NCBI GenBank assembly: GCA_965208575.1
Contig: CBDBOV010000006.1
Span: 928,001-992,000, forward strand
Length of the DNA stretch: 64,000 nt
Direction: 5' to 3'
Source of the DNA: Spirochaetia bacterium
GTDB lineage: Bacteria; Spirochaetota; Spirochaetia; SZUA-6; Bin103
Position numbers and translations under genes: made by a program. Under the pieces are notes generated by a model. The model made no database searches. It saw only the letters and a list, made by a program, of their open reading frames with translations, and was not told where the DNA came from. Below are positions 1 through 8,780 of the stretch, piece by piece (the first letter of the stretch is position 1; each line of letters starts with the position of its first letter).

Positions 1-482
1 TGCCAGTTGTACTCGACGTCCTTCGCAGTCAGCTCCCGGCCGTTCATCGGTGCCTTGTCATGCCAGTGAACGCCCTGGCGGATGTTGAAGATGATGGTGG
101 TATCGTCGGGCGTTTCCCAGCTTTCCGCCAGTGCCCCTCTCCAGGCCGCGGCAGGCTGGTCCGTCAGCACCCGCCAATCCCATATATCCCTGTCCAAAGC
201 CCAGTTCCCGATGCCGAGCATTTCATTCACCAAACCGATGTTGTGGCTCGCCCAGCCACTGATGTACCAGACATCGCAATGCTCAGCCCAACTGACCCGG
301 CCATAGGTTATGGTGCCGCCATACTCGGGCGCGCTCACCATCTCGCCGGTGGCGGGGTCGGTCACCATCTCCTTGTCCGCGGCGGCTGCCGGCTCCTCTT
401 CTGCGCCAGCGGCCCACAGGCCGGTCGCGGTCAGAACCAGGACCAGCGCAACCGCGAACGTCCTCGAAAAAAGTAGCTTCAT
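1..482 (-). CDS. ABC transporter substrate-binding protein (family 5), 5' part, runs off window
   Basis: Manual translation from ATG 482: MKLLFSRTFAVALVLVLTATGLWAAGAEEEPAAAADKEMVTDPATGEMVSAPEYGG...LAESWETPDDTT..HWHDKAPMNGRELT; paralogous to the other SBPs. Confidence 0.92.
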   Translation of the reverse strand, partial: MKLLFSRTFAVALVLVLTATGLWAAGAEEEPAAAADKEMVTDPATGEMVSAPEYGGTITYGRVSWAEHCDVWYISGWASHNIGLVNEMLGIGNWALDRDIWDWRVLTDQPAAAWRGALAESWETPDDTTIIFNIRQGVHWHDKAPMNGRELTAKDVEYNW

Positions 483-506
483 CGTTTCTCCCTTCAGAGT
501 AATCTT

Positions 507-671
507 GAGAGTATTGCGGAGCGAATCGCCGCTCCCTGGCTACTCTCGGGCCCGCAACGCGCGCAGCCAGGCAGAGTCAATTTGTGCAGGGCGCGGAGTG
601 TGACTCAGCCGGGTTCAACCGGGCTCACGCCGCGCCCACGCAAGGTTCTTTGAGTATCATTTGGACCTCCT
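507..671 (-). promoter_or_regulatory. Type-A SBP leader, copy 1 (SD + uORF MILKEPCVGAA* at 625-660 + two hairpins)
   Basis: AGGAGG-N5-ATG ATA CTC AAA GAA CCT..GCG GCG TGA; GAGAGTA..TACTCTC stem; homologous to 5 other copies. Confidence 0.8.
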
Positions 672-904
672 CTCTTGGGGCACAGGTGCCCTGCAAGGTG
701 TGCGTTCGCGTCCCACAGGGGACCATGCCACACCTGCGGTGACCGGTCAAGACACGCATCACACGCATCTCGTTTCGCGAGGCGCTCCAGGAGAGAGGCG
801 GGCAGGTTCCGCCACCGCGGCTCCTCGAGGTACGAGCACCTGCCGGCGGCGGCTACCGGCCCCGGGCCGCGCAGCCGGGGCCCGGGGAACCGCGCGCACG
901 CCCA

Positions 905-960
905 ACTGAAGCGCGCGGTCTCAAACCGACCTGGCGGCATCGGCATCGAGGCGTCCCCCG
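905..960 (-). repeat. Remnant of cassette 3' anchor (dppC C-terminus/downstream sequence)
   Basis: Reverse complement matches ctcg-tgccgatgccgccaggtcggtttgaga..gcgcgc found after dppC genes (e.g. ~39930, ~30075). Confidence 0.65.
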
Positions 961-997
961 CAACGAGGAAGGCGCGCACCGGCACTGCCGGCTACCC

Positions 998-1432
998 TCA
1001 GGCAAGGATGTCTCGTCCCTCCAGACCGAAGCAGGCAGCAGCATCGAGCATGCGTTGGTCATGACTGTAGACGGCGTCAAACCCGTTGTCGGCGGCGCAC
1101 GTCAGATGGAGCGCATCGGCCGCCCGCACGAACTCAGCGCCGGACACGGTCCTGACTCTCCGGCACGCAACTCGCACGAGTCGGTCGGTGACCGGAATCC
1201 ATCTCCACAGGCCCCGCTCCTCATCGCGACGCAGGCGCTCGAATACGGTGTGCAGCGCGTCGGCACCCAGGTTCCCTTCCCGCTCATGCCTCTTGAACGC
1301 CGCGAACAGCTCCAATCGGCCATGCGAGCAGCAGCTCAACCCCGACTTCCCGGCCAGCCACTCAAGCACACGCGGGCTGCCCGGCTCGTTGAGATAGCAC
1401 TTGGCGATGTATGAGGTATCGAGATAGGTCAG
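998..1432 (-). CDS. vapC: PIN-domain toxin (VapC family)
   Basis: Upstream extension gives (L)TYLDTSYIAK N-terminal PIN motif; RAADALHL and SHDQRM motifs; start uncertain (CTG at 1432 or 1438). Confidence 0.85.
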   Translation of the reverse strand: MTYLDTSYIAKCYLNEPGSPRVLEWLAGKSGLSCCSHGRLELFAAFKRHEREGNLGADALHTVFERLRRDEERGLWRWIPVTDRLVRVACRRVRTVSGAEFVRAADALHLTCAADNGFDAVYSHDQRMLDAAACFGLEGRDILA

Positions 1433-1434
1433 TG

Positions 1435-1665
1435 TCAGCGTTGCGACCGGTCCCTGGAGATCAACTCGGTGGAGTCCACGCCGACTGCCGGCATGCTCGC
1501 GGGATCGCGCGCGGGAAACGGCTGGCCGACGACTTCCTCATCCGAATACGGCTTGAGTAACGCGATGCGGGTTCCCCGATCGGTGACGATCACCGGCTGC
1601 TGCGTCGCCTGCCGCACGATCCTGCCGGTGCTCTCATGGAGTTCCCGAATCGAGACCACTCTCAC
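1435..1665 (-). CDS. Phd/YefM-family antitoxin
   Basis: MRVVSIRELHESTGRIVRQ..PVIVTDRG; directly upstream of the PIN toxin. Confidence 0.85.
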   Translation of the reverse strand: MRVVSIRELHESTGRIVRQATQQPVIVTDRGTRIALLKPYSDEEVVGQPFPARDPASMPAVGVDSTELISRDRSQR

Positions 1666-1884
1666 GACGGCCCGAAAAGTGACACATCGTGACACGCACT
1701 GTCAAGGGAGATCCGCACAGCGCCACAGCAAGGGCTCGCGCAAGAGAAACTCCCGAGTGCCACAGCCGTCAGGAAGCCGTCCGGCAGGTTGCGCCGACGT
1801 TCCCATCGCAGCGCGGAAAGTCGGGTACCATAGTCGGGTGTGGTGGATGGCCCCGCAACGAGGACGTGAGAGACCGGCACGGAG

Positions 1885-3207
1885 GTGGCAGGCGTGACGG
1901 GTCGTGACGCCAGGAGGGGCCGGGAGCGCCGGTGCGGCTCGCCGGGAGCGTTCCGCATCGCGTTCGCGGTTCTCGTCGCGGTGGCGGGGACGCTGGGGCC
2001 TGCGGCGGTGTTCGGGGGGGCGAGCCATGACTGGGTGATGTTCCGCGGCGAGGAGGGGCGCGGCACAACCGAAACCCGGATTCAGCCGCCGCTGGCGGTG
2101 AAGTGGCAGCTTCAGTTGCAGGCCGGCGGCGAGCAGGCGCGCTCGTTCAACCCGCCGGTGGTGGTGGACGACACCATCTACTTCGGCTCCGACGACGGCA
2201 ACTTCTACGCGCTGGACGTGCACAGCGGCTACATGCGGTGGATCTTCAAGTCGCTGGCCCCGGTCAACTCGGTGCCGTTCGCCGATCAGGATCACCTCTA
2301 CTTCGGCTCCAACGACGGCCACGTCTACGCGGTGGCGCGCGACACCGGCGAGGAGCGCTGGCGATTCCCGACCGAGTACACCGTGCAGTCGCTGATCCTG
2401 CGCTACGACGACCTGGTGATGTTCACCAGCGACCGCGGCAACACCCACTTCGTGACCGCCGACGCCGGTCAGGAGGTGCACTACATCCCCAACCCGGTGT
2501 GGTCCTACCACACCTTCCAGGTGTACGACGGCGTGATGTACTGGGCGCCCGGACCGCCCGGCAGCGGCGCCAGCTTCGGCGCCTACGACGTGTACGAGCA
2601 GGGCTACCTGTGGGTGAAGCGCACCACGCCGGGGCTCAACTGGTATTCGTTCCCCGCCCTGCGCGGCGACGAGCTGTTCTACTCGGCCGCCGGTCCCGGA
2701 CGGACGATGACCGGCAACCTGCTGTTCGTCTACTACGCGGTCGACCGGCTCACCGGCGAGGAGCTGTGGCGCGAAGAGGACGAGTCGTTCTTCGGCGATG
2801 CCGGCGAACGCATCTATCAGCCGTACCGGATGTTTGTCGACAACCTGCAGCTCCTGGACTACCTGGCGCCGGCGCTGTGGCGCAACACCGTGATCTACAC
2901 CAGCGGCGACGCCGTGGTGCGCGCCTTCAACTCCCGTAACGGGCGGGAGACGTGGCGCTATACCTTCCAGTACCCCACCAGCAGCGCGCCCACCGTGGCC
3001 GGCGACCGGGTCTACTTCGGCGTGCGCGGCGACGGCGTCCCCGGCGGGCGGCCGCCGCGGCTGGTGGCGCTGTCCGCCCAGAACGGCAAGCTGCTGTGGG
3101 AGATGGACCTGGAGGGCGCCGTGCTCAGCGCCCCGGTGGTGGCCGGCAAGTACCTGATCTTCGGCACCGACCAAAACTACTTCTACGTCATGGAAGAGGT
3201 GTTCTGA
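1885..3207 (+). CDS. PQQ-like beta-propeller repeat protein (BamB-like)
   Basis: Repeated YFGSxDGxxYA..TGxxxW motifs, N-terminal hydrophobic segment; start uncertain. Confidence 0.85.
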   Translation: MAGVTGRDARRGRERRCGSPGAFRIAFAVLVAVAGTLGPAAVFGGASHDWVMFRGEEGRGTTETRIQPPLAVKWQLQLQAGGEQARSFNPPVVVDDTIYFGSDDGNFYALDVHSGYMRWIFKSLAPVNSVPFADQDHLYFGSNDGHVYAVARDTGEERWRFPTEYTVQSLILRYDDLVMFTSDRGNTHFVTADAGQEVHYIPNPVWSYHTFQVYDGVMYWAPGPPGSGASFGAYDVYEQGYLWVKRTTPGLNWYSFPALRGDELFYSAAGPGRTMTGNLLFVYYAVDRLTGEELWREEDESFFGDAGERIYQPYRMFVDNLQLLDYLAPALWRNTVIYTSGDAVVRAFNSRNGRETWRYTFQYPTSSAPTVAGDRVYFGVRGDGVPGGRPPRLVALSAQNGKLLWEMDLEGAVLSAPVVAGKYLIFGTDQNYFYVMEEVF

Positions 3208-3241
3208 AACGGATAGCGGGGGGCGGCATGGCGGAACGCGA

Positions 3242-3590
3242 TCACGCGGCTGGCGAGAACACCAGGGCCTCGGCGAGGTCACGGACCCGTCGCGGACCGG
3301 GATCCTCCGGACGCCATGTCCCACTCAGGAGCTGGGCCGGAGAGCGGCTGCCGAGCAGCTTGCGCGGGCGCTGGAACCAGCGGCGGACTCCGAAGTCGTT
3401 GTAAGCGGCGGCAAGATCCCCGATGACCAGCGCCAGAAAGTGGAGACGGGCGGCAATCTCGTCTGGAGTGGTGCGGCTCCCCGAGTGATAGCGGCGCAGG
3501 CTGGAAGCGGAAATTCCGAGTAGCTGGGCGAGCACGTCGCCGCCGAGCACGTCGTGTACGCCGCGCCATTCCACCGGTGCTGGTTCCGTG
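3242..3590 (-). CDS. Xre/MbcA/ParS-like antitoxin domain protein, possibly 5'-truncated
   Basis: HTH-like LAQLLGISASSLRRY and C-terminal VRRWFQRPRKLLGSRSPAQLL; no partner RES toxin seen. Confidence 0.6.
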
Positions 3591-3591
3591 T

Positions 3592-4632
3592 TCAGGGTCG
3601 CGGGCCGCGAATCATGCGCAGGAAGTGGGCCTCGTCGCGGCACTCCAGGGCGGCCTGTACCAGCGCCGCGGTGGACACGGGTTGCAACTCGGCCAGACGC
3701 CGGGGCAAAGCCGCCGACACCGGCAGGCCGCGCAACCGCAACACCTGCAGGACGGCATCCCGCCGTGTCTCCGCAAGCGCCTCCGTCGCGCCTTCCACGA
3801 GGCCCTCCGCATAGCCCGCGGCATGGCCCTCTGCATGGCCCTCTGCATGGCCCGCGGCATGGCCCTGGGCGCGGCTATCCAGGCGCTCGGCCTGCAATTG
3901 CGGGTCGTCATCCGGTCCCGTGCCCTCGGCCGCACCCAGCGTCCGCCCCACGCGGCGCAGCGCCGCCAGCGTGGCCTGCGACAACTCCGGCTCGTTCAGT
4001 GCCCGGTGGATTTCCGCCGCCGTCCAGCCGGCAAAGGCGCGGCTCTGCGCCGCGCCACGGAAGGCGCCGCCCTCCAGCAGGTGGATCGTCAAGCCCGGGC
4101 GCAGGCCGGCCGGGCGGCTCGGGGAGGACTGCTCGGGCACCTCGACCCACACTTCCGGGAAGCCCCACGATTCGTACAGCGACAGCTTGCCGCGGCGCAC
4201 GTCGGTGGTGTTGTCCACCTCCAGGACGACATCCGGCAGCGTGTCGCTGCCCACTTCGATCCGGGCGCCCCCGGGGCGCGTGGTGCGCGGGTGCAGGTAG
4301 ACGGTCTGGTCGGCCTCCAGGATGCGCCGCCAAGCGCCGTCGGCATCGCGCAGCAGGAGGTCGGCGGCGCCGAAGGTCTCGATCGGCGAGCCGCGTACCA
4401 GGGCGATGCGCGTGACCAGCTCGCGCAGGCGCTGGCCTGGATGTTCGTGGTAGACGCTGACCGGCTCGCAAATCATGGCGGTTTCGGTGGCGGCGTCCCA
4501 GTACTCGACGCGGCGCTCACAGTGTTCGATCTCGGCGCGCGACATGCGCACCGCCCGGCAGCCGGGAAACTCCAGCGACGGCTCATCGTGAGCCGCCGCT
4601 GGCGGGGCGGTGGTGACGTGAGGCTCAGGCAT
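3592..4632 (-). CDS. Uma2 (DUF820) family endonuclease with C-terminal repeat tail
   Basis: EADQTVY, PDVVLEVD, YESWGFPEVW motifs; GHAE/GHAA 12-bp repeats at ~3815-3865. Confidence 0.85.
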   Translation of the reverse strand: MPEPHVTTAPPAAAHDEPSLEFPGCRAVRMSRAEIEHCERRVEYWDAATETAMICEPVSVYHEHPGQRLRELVTRIALVRGSPIETFGAADLLLRDADGAWRRILEADQTVYLHPRTTRPGGARIEVGSDTLPDVVLEVDNTTDVRRGKLSLYESWGFPEVWVEVPEQSSPSRPAGLRPGLTIHLLEGGAFRGAAQSRAFAGWTAAEIHRALNEPELSQATLAALRRVGRTLGAAEGTGPDDDPQLQAERLDSRAQGHAAGHAEGHAEGHAAGYAEGLVEGATEALAETRRDAVLQVLRLRGLPVSAALPRRLAELQPVSTAALVQAALECRDEAHFLRMIRGPRP

Positions 4633-4826
4633 GGTACGACGGTAGCACATTCAGACCGTTCATTCCAGGATCGATTGCTCCGTCCCTTGCGAGGCCGATC
4701 GCGTGCGAGCGCTGAGCAGGCGCGCTCGTTCAACCCGCCGGTGTCAAAAATGCTCAGCGAGCCCCGGAAGACGCCACGTTCCTGACTACACAACTGCGGG
4801 CGCCGTTCTGATACTATCGCGCCGAT

Positions 4827-5588
4827 ATGGCGGTTGATGTATTGGCGGTGTGCGCGCATCCCGACGATGCCGAACTGGGGTGCGCCGGCCTCTTGCTGCG
4901 CTGCAAGGCGGCCGGGGCGCGCATCGGCGTGGTGGACCTGACCCGCGGCGAACTGGGCACGCGCGGCAACGCGGCGTTGCGGGACGAGGAGCGTTCCCGC
5001 GCCACCGCCATCCTGGGGCTGGACGTACGGCGGGACCTGGACCTGCCGGACGGCTTCGTCGAGCGCACCGTCGAGTATCGCACGCGGCTGGTGGAGGTGA
5101 TCCGCAGCGAGCAGCCGCGCATGCTGGTGGGCCCCTACTGGGAGGATCACCATCCCGATCACGTCAACACCAGCCTGCTGATGAAGGACGCCTGGTGGTT
5201 CGCCGGCGTGGCCAAGCACCCCGGAGGCCCGCATGCCCACCGCCCGGAGGCGATGCTGTTCCAACTGTCACGCTACGTCGCGCGCCCTTCGCTGATCGTG
5301 GACATCAGCGAGCAGTTCGCCACCAAGGCGCGCGCGGTGGCCTGCTACGCCTCGCAACTGCACCGCGCGGCGCCGACGGATGGCACCACCGACGGAGACG
5401 CCACGGCAGCGGACGCAGAGCCGGAGACCTACCTGTCCCGGTCCGACTTCCTGGCCGCCTGGGAGGGCCGCCACCGCTACTACGGGCGCATGATCGGCGC
5501 CGAGTTCGGGGAGGCCTACCTGATGCGCAACCCGGTGCCGATCACCGACCCGATGACCCTGCTAGCCGGCCGGCCCGGTGTGATGTAG
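4827..5588 (+). CDS. bshB1: PIG-L family deacetylase, bacillithiol BshB1-like
   Basis: AHPDDAELG, DLTRGELGTRG, HPDH motifs. Confidence 0.8.
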   Translation: MAVDVLAVCAHPDDAELGCAGLLLRCKAAGARIGVVDLTRGELGTRGNAALRDEERSRATAILGLDVRRDLDLPDGFVERTVEYRTRLVEVIRSEQPRMLVGPYWEDHHPDHVNTSLLMKDAWWFAGVAKHPGGPHAHRPEAMLFQLSRYVARPSLIVDISEQFATKARAVACYASQLHRAAPTDGTTDGDATAADAEPETYLSRSDFLAAWEGRHRYYGRMIGAEFGEAYLMRNPVPITDPMTLLAGRPGVM

Positions 5589-6401
5589 ATGGCTTCGATG
5601 AACGGTAGTGCGCCGACACCTTCGCCGCCGGTGGCCCTGGTTACCGGCGGCAGCCGCGGCCTCGGCGCCGGGGTGGCGCTCTCGCTGGCGGCGGCCGGCT
5701 ACTCGGTGGCGATCGGCTACCGTAGCGACGCCGGAGCGGCGGACGCCACCGCGGCGGCGTGCCGCGAGCGGGCTCGGTGTGACCGGCAGCGCTTCCATCC
5801 GGCAAAAGCGGACGTCGCGGTGACGGCAGACCGCGAACGCCTGCTCGCCGCCACCCTGGAGAGGTTCGGCAGCGTGGAGGTGCTGGTGAACAACGCCGGC
5901 ATCGCGCCGCGGCAGCGCGCCGACCTGCTGGAGGCGAGCGAGGAGTCGTTCGCCGAGGTGCTGGCCACCAACCTCACCGGCCCCTACTTCCTTACCCAGG
6001 CGGTCGCCCGCCACTGGCTCTCCCAGCCGGCGGAGGCGGCCCGGCGGCGGGCGGTGATATTCGTCAATTCCATCTCCGCCGCCTACGCCTCGGTGAGCCG
6101 CGGCGAGTACTGCGTGTCCAAGGCGGGGCTGGCGATGGCGCGCGAGCTGTTCGCGGTGCGCCTGGCCGAAGCCGGCATCGGTGTCTACGAGGTGCGCCCC
6201 GGACTGATGGAGACCGACATGACGCGCGCCGTCAAGGCAAAGTACGACGCCCTGATCGCCGAGGGACTGGTGCCGCAGGGCCGCTGGGGCACGCCCGAGG
6301 ACGTGGGCCGCGCGGTGGCGGCGCTGGTCAGTGGCGACTTCGACTTCTCCCAGGGTACGGTAGTGGATGTGGACGGCGGCTTCAGCCTGCTGCGCCTGTG
6401 A
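5589..6401 (+). CDS. Short-chain dehydrogenase/reductase (3-ketoacyl-ACP reductase-like)
   Basis: TGGSRGLG, NNAG, YCVSK, VDGG. Confidence 0.9.
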   Translation: MASMNGSAPTPSPPVALVTGGSRGLGAGVALSLAAAGYSVAIGYRSDAGAADATAAACRERARCDRQRFHPAKADVAVTADRERLLAATLERFGSVEVLVNNAGIAPRQRADLLEASEESFAEVLATNLTGPYFLTQAVARHWLSQPAEAARRRAVIFVNSISAAYASVSRGEYCVSKAGLAMARELFAVRLAEAGIGVYEVRPGLMETDMTRAVKAKYDALIAEGLVPQGRWGTPEDVGRAVAALVSGDFDFSQGTVVDVDGGFSLLRL

Positions 6402-6590
6402 GCAGCCGTGGTCACTCCGCGGTCCGGATAGCCAACTGACCGAGGTTTCACTTGTGCAAGACTTGCGACCAACGACGCAATGGAATCGCCGCCTGGCCGG
6501 CATGTTCGGCCACCGCGGACGGACGAGACCGGCCCGAAGATCCACCGGCAGGATACCGATTCGGGACGCCGGCACCCTTGGTACCGCGCG

Positions 6591-7976
6591 ATGAAAGTTG
6601 ACACCGCACTGCAACCGCGCGACCTCGGCACCGCCGTCGAGTCAGTGTTCGCCCTGGCCAGTGGCAAGATCCGCGACCTGGACGCGAGCTGGGATCCGGC
6701 GCGCGGCGCACCGGTGTTCACGGTCGAGGGCAAGTACACCACGCGCGGCTGGACCGAGTGGACGCAGGGTTTCCAGTACGGGGCGGCGCTGCTCACCTTC
6801 GACGCCACCGGCGACGAGGGCCTGCTGGAGTTGGGCCGCGCCGGCATGCGCCGCGTGATGCCGGCCCACCTCACCCACGTCGGCGTGCACGACCACGGCT
6901 TCAACACCATGAGCACCTACGGCAACCTGCTGCGCCTGGCCCGCGAAGGGCGCTGGCCGGCCACCCCCGGCGACCTCGAGCACCTGCAGTTGGCGATCCG
7001 CGTATCCGGCGCCGTGCAGGCCGCGCGCTGGACCCCGCTGCCCGGCGGCCTGGGCTACATCTGCTCCTTCAATGGCCCGCAGTCGCTGTTCATCGACACC
7101 ATCCGCTCGCTGCGCGTGCTGGCCGCCGCGCACGAGCTAGGCCAGGTGTTGATGGGCGAACGCGACCGCCGCATCTCCCTGCTGCGGCGCCTGCTGCAGC
7201 ACCTGGAAACCACCCTGCGCTACAACGTGTTCTTCGGCGCCGGCCGCGACCACTACGACGTGCCGGGCCGGGTGGTGCACGAGGCGCTGTTCAACGTCAA
7301 CGACGGCTCTTACCGCTGCCCGAGCACGCAACAGGGCTACTCGCCGTTCTCGACCTGGACCCGCGGCCTGGCGTGGGCGATCCTGGGCTGTGCGGAGATG
7401 CTGGAGTACCTCGCCGAGGTACCGGCGGAGGCGGTCGAGGAGGCCGCCGTCCCCGGACTGGCCGCCCACGCCGAAGCGGTGCAGCGGGTGGGCGCCGCGG
7501 CGGCCGCCACCGCCGGGTTCTACCTCGCCAACAGTGCCGCCGACGGCATCCCCTACTGGGACACCGGCGCCCCCGGCCTGGCCGCCCTGGGCGACTGGCG
7601 CGCCGCACCCTCCGACCCGTTCAACGACCACGAGCCGGTCGACAGTTCCGCCGCCGCCATCGCCGCCCAGGGCCTGCTGCGCCTCGCCGGGCTGCCTGAA
7701 GCGGTCCGCCCGCCCGGCGCCGGCCGCCTGCTGGCCGCCGGCCTCACCGTCGCCCGCACCCTGTTCGCGGCGCCCTACCTGGCCACCGACCCGGCGCACC
7801 AGGGCCTGCTGCTGCACACCATCTACCACCGCCCCAACGGCTGGGACCACGTCCCCGAAGGCCGCCGCATCCCGTGCGGCGAGTCATGCCAGTGGGGCGA
7901 CTACCACGCCCTGGAGCTGGCCCTGCTGATCCGCCGCCTCGCCGCCGGCCGCACCCTCCCCTGGCGGGCGGCATAG
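6591..7976 (+). CDS. Unsaturated glucuronyl hydrolase-like glycoside hydrolase (GH88-like)
   Basis: WTQGF, HDHGF, IDT, WTRGLAW, DSSAAAIAA, WGDY motifs. Confidence 0.8.
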   Translation: MKVDTALQPRDLGTAVESVFALASGKIRDLDASWDPARGAPVFTVEGKYTTRGWTEWTQGFQYGAALLTFDATGDEGLLELGRAGMRRVMPAHLTHVGVHDHGFNTMSTYGNLLRLAREGRWPATPGDLEHLQLAIRVSGAVQAARWTPLPGGLGYICSFNGPQSLFIDTIRSLRVLAAAHELGQVLMGERDRRISLLRRLLQHLETTLRYNVFFGAGRDHYDVPGRVVHEALFNVNDGSYRCPSTQQGYSPFSTWTRGLAWAILGCAEMLEYLAEVPAEAVEEAAVPGLAAHAEAVQRVGAAAAATAGFYLANSAADGIPYWDTGAPGLAALGDWRAAPSDPFNDHEPVDSSAAAIAAQGLLRLAGLPEAVRPPGAGRLLAAGLTVARTLFAAPYLATDPAHQGLLLHTIYHRPNGWDHVPEGRRIPCGESCQWGDYHALELALLIRRLAAGRTLPWRAA

Positions 7977-8189
7977 CAGCCGGTAACGGTGTGCGGCGGG
8001 TCAGTCTGCCCGCGGCAACCGAGGCAGGTAGTCGAAGTGGCTGTCACGCGTGAACAGCGACAATTCGTGCTGCGCCGCGAGTGCGGCGATCCACTGCACA
8101 ATGTCCCGTAAGGCCGTCACCTACCACCCCCTGAGGTATCCACTTGGCCTGACCCGTGTGGTAGGCATTGTTTGACTGTCTCATGCCTC

Positions 8190-8385
8190 GCTTGGGGTTC
8201 GGATCGATGATAACGCGCCACGACGACAGGCAGCGCAGTAACCGGTTGGCGGTGACGTTCGGTGACCTCCGGTGACCTGACCGCCGAGTCGTTGACAGGC
8301 GCGCCGCGCCTATGCTAGCGTGCCTCACATGGGGTTCGACGGATGGTCATGAAGGGTCACGATGACAGGCACCGCAGTGACCGGT
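8190..8385 (+). repeat. Tandem ~126-bp promoter unit (TTGACA 8292, TGnTAGCGT)
   Basis: Near-identical to 22985-23160. Confidence 0.75.
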
Positions 8386-8590
8386 TTGTGGCCTTCCGCA
8401 TCCTCCTACGGCGTCGGCACCCCAAAGTAATTCCTTTCGCGGCTCGATACCCGGCCCGCACGTACCCCGGTCAACGCTTCACCCCCGCCCTAGCGGGCGA
8501 CGGCGCATGAATCGGAGCCGCCGTGGGTCGCTAGCCCTTCGACGTATGCCTCTTCCACTCACGACACCTTTCCGGTTTGTGCCGGCGCAC
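8386..8590 (-). mobile_element. Group II intron 5' remnant (GTGCG start at 8590, EBS1 retained)
   Basis: Closely similar to 24962-25166; deletion fused at tgtggc microhomology. Confidence 0.8.
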
Positions 8591-8757
8591 AGGAGGTGAA
8601 GATGATACTGAAAGAACCGCACGCGCGCGCGGCGTGAGCCCGGGTGATCCCGCCGACTCACACGCCGCGCGCTGTCAGTGTATTTGGCTCTGACTGGCCG
8701 TCCGTGTAGCGGGCGCGAGAGTAGCCAGGGAGCGCCAATCCGCTACGCAATACTCTC
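8591..8757 (+). promoter_or_regulatory. Type-A SBP leader, copy 2 (uORF MILKEPHARAA* at 8602-8637)
   Basis: AGGAGG, ATG ATA CTG AAA GAA CCG..TGA, GAGAGTA 8717 / TACTCTC 8751. Confidence 0.8.
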
Positions 8758-8780
8758 GAAGTAACATTCAAGGAGAAACG

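Noticed and set aside
1702-3324. Long antisense/alternate-frame ORFs (also 3577-4785, 23583-25181, 53784-55028, 54565-56613)
   Set aside because: Shadow ORFs of high-GC genes or of the intron, with no family motifs
8330-8345. tmRNA/tRNA 5' fragment (ggggttcgacgg)
   Set aside because: Match too short, no acceptor stem or downstream structure; explained by the promoter repeat
8591-8757. Known riboswitch (cobalamin, SAM, TPP, T-box) in SBP leaders
   Set aside because: Diagnostic consensus boxes not recognisable by eye; left as an unknown motif pending an Rfam scan
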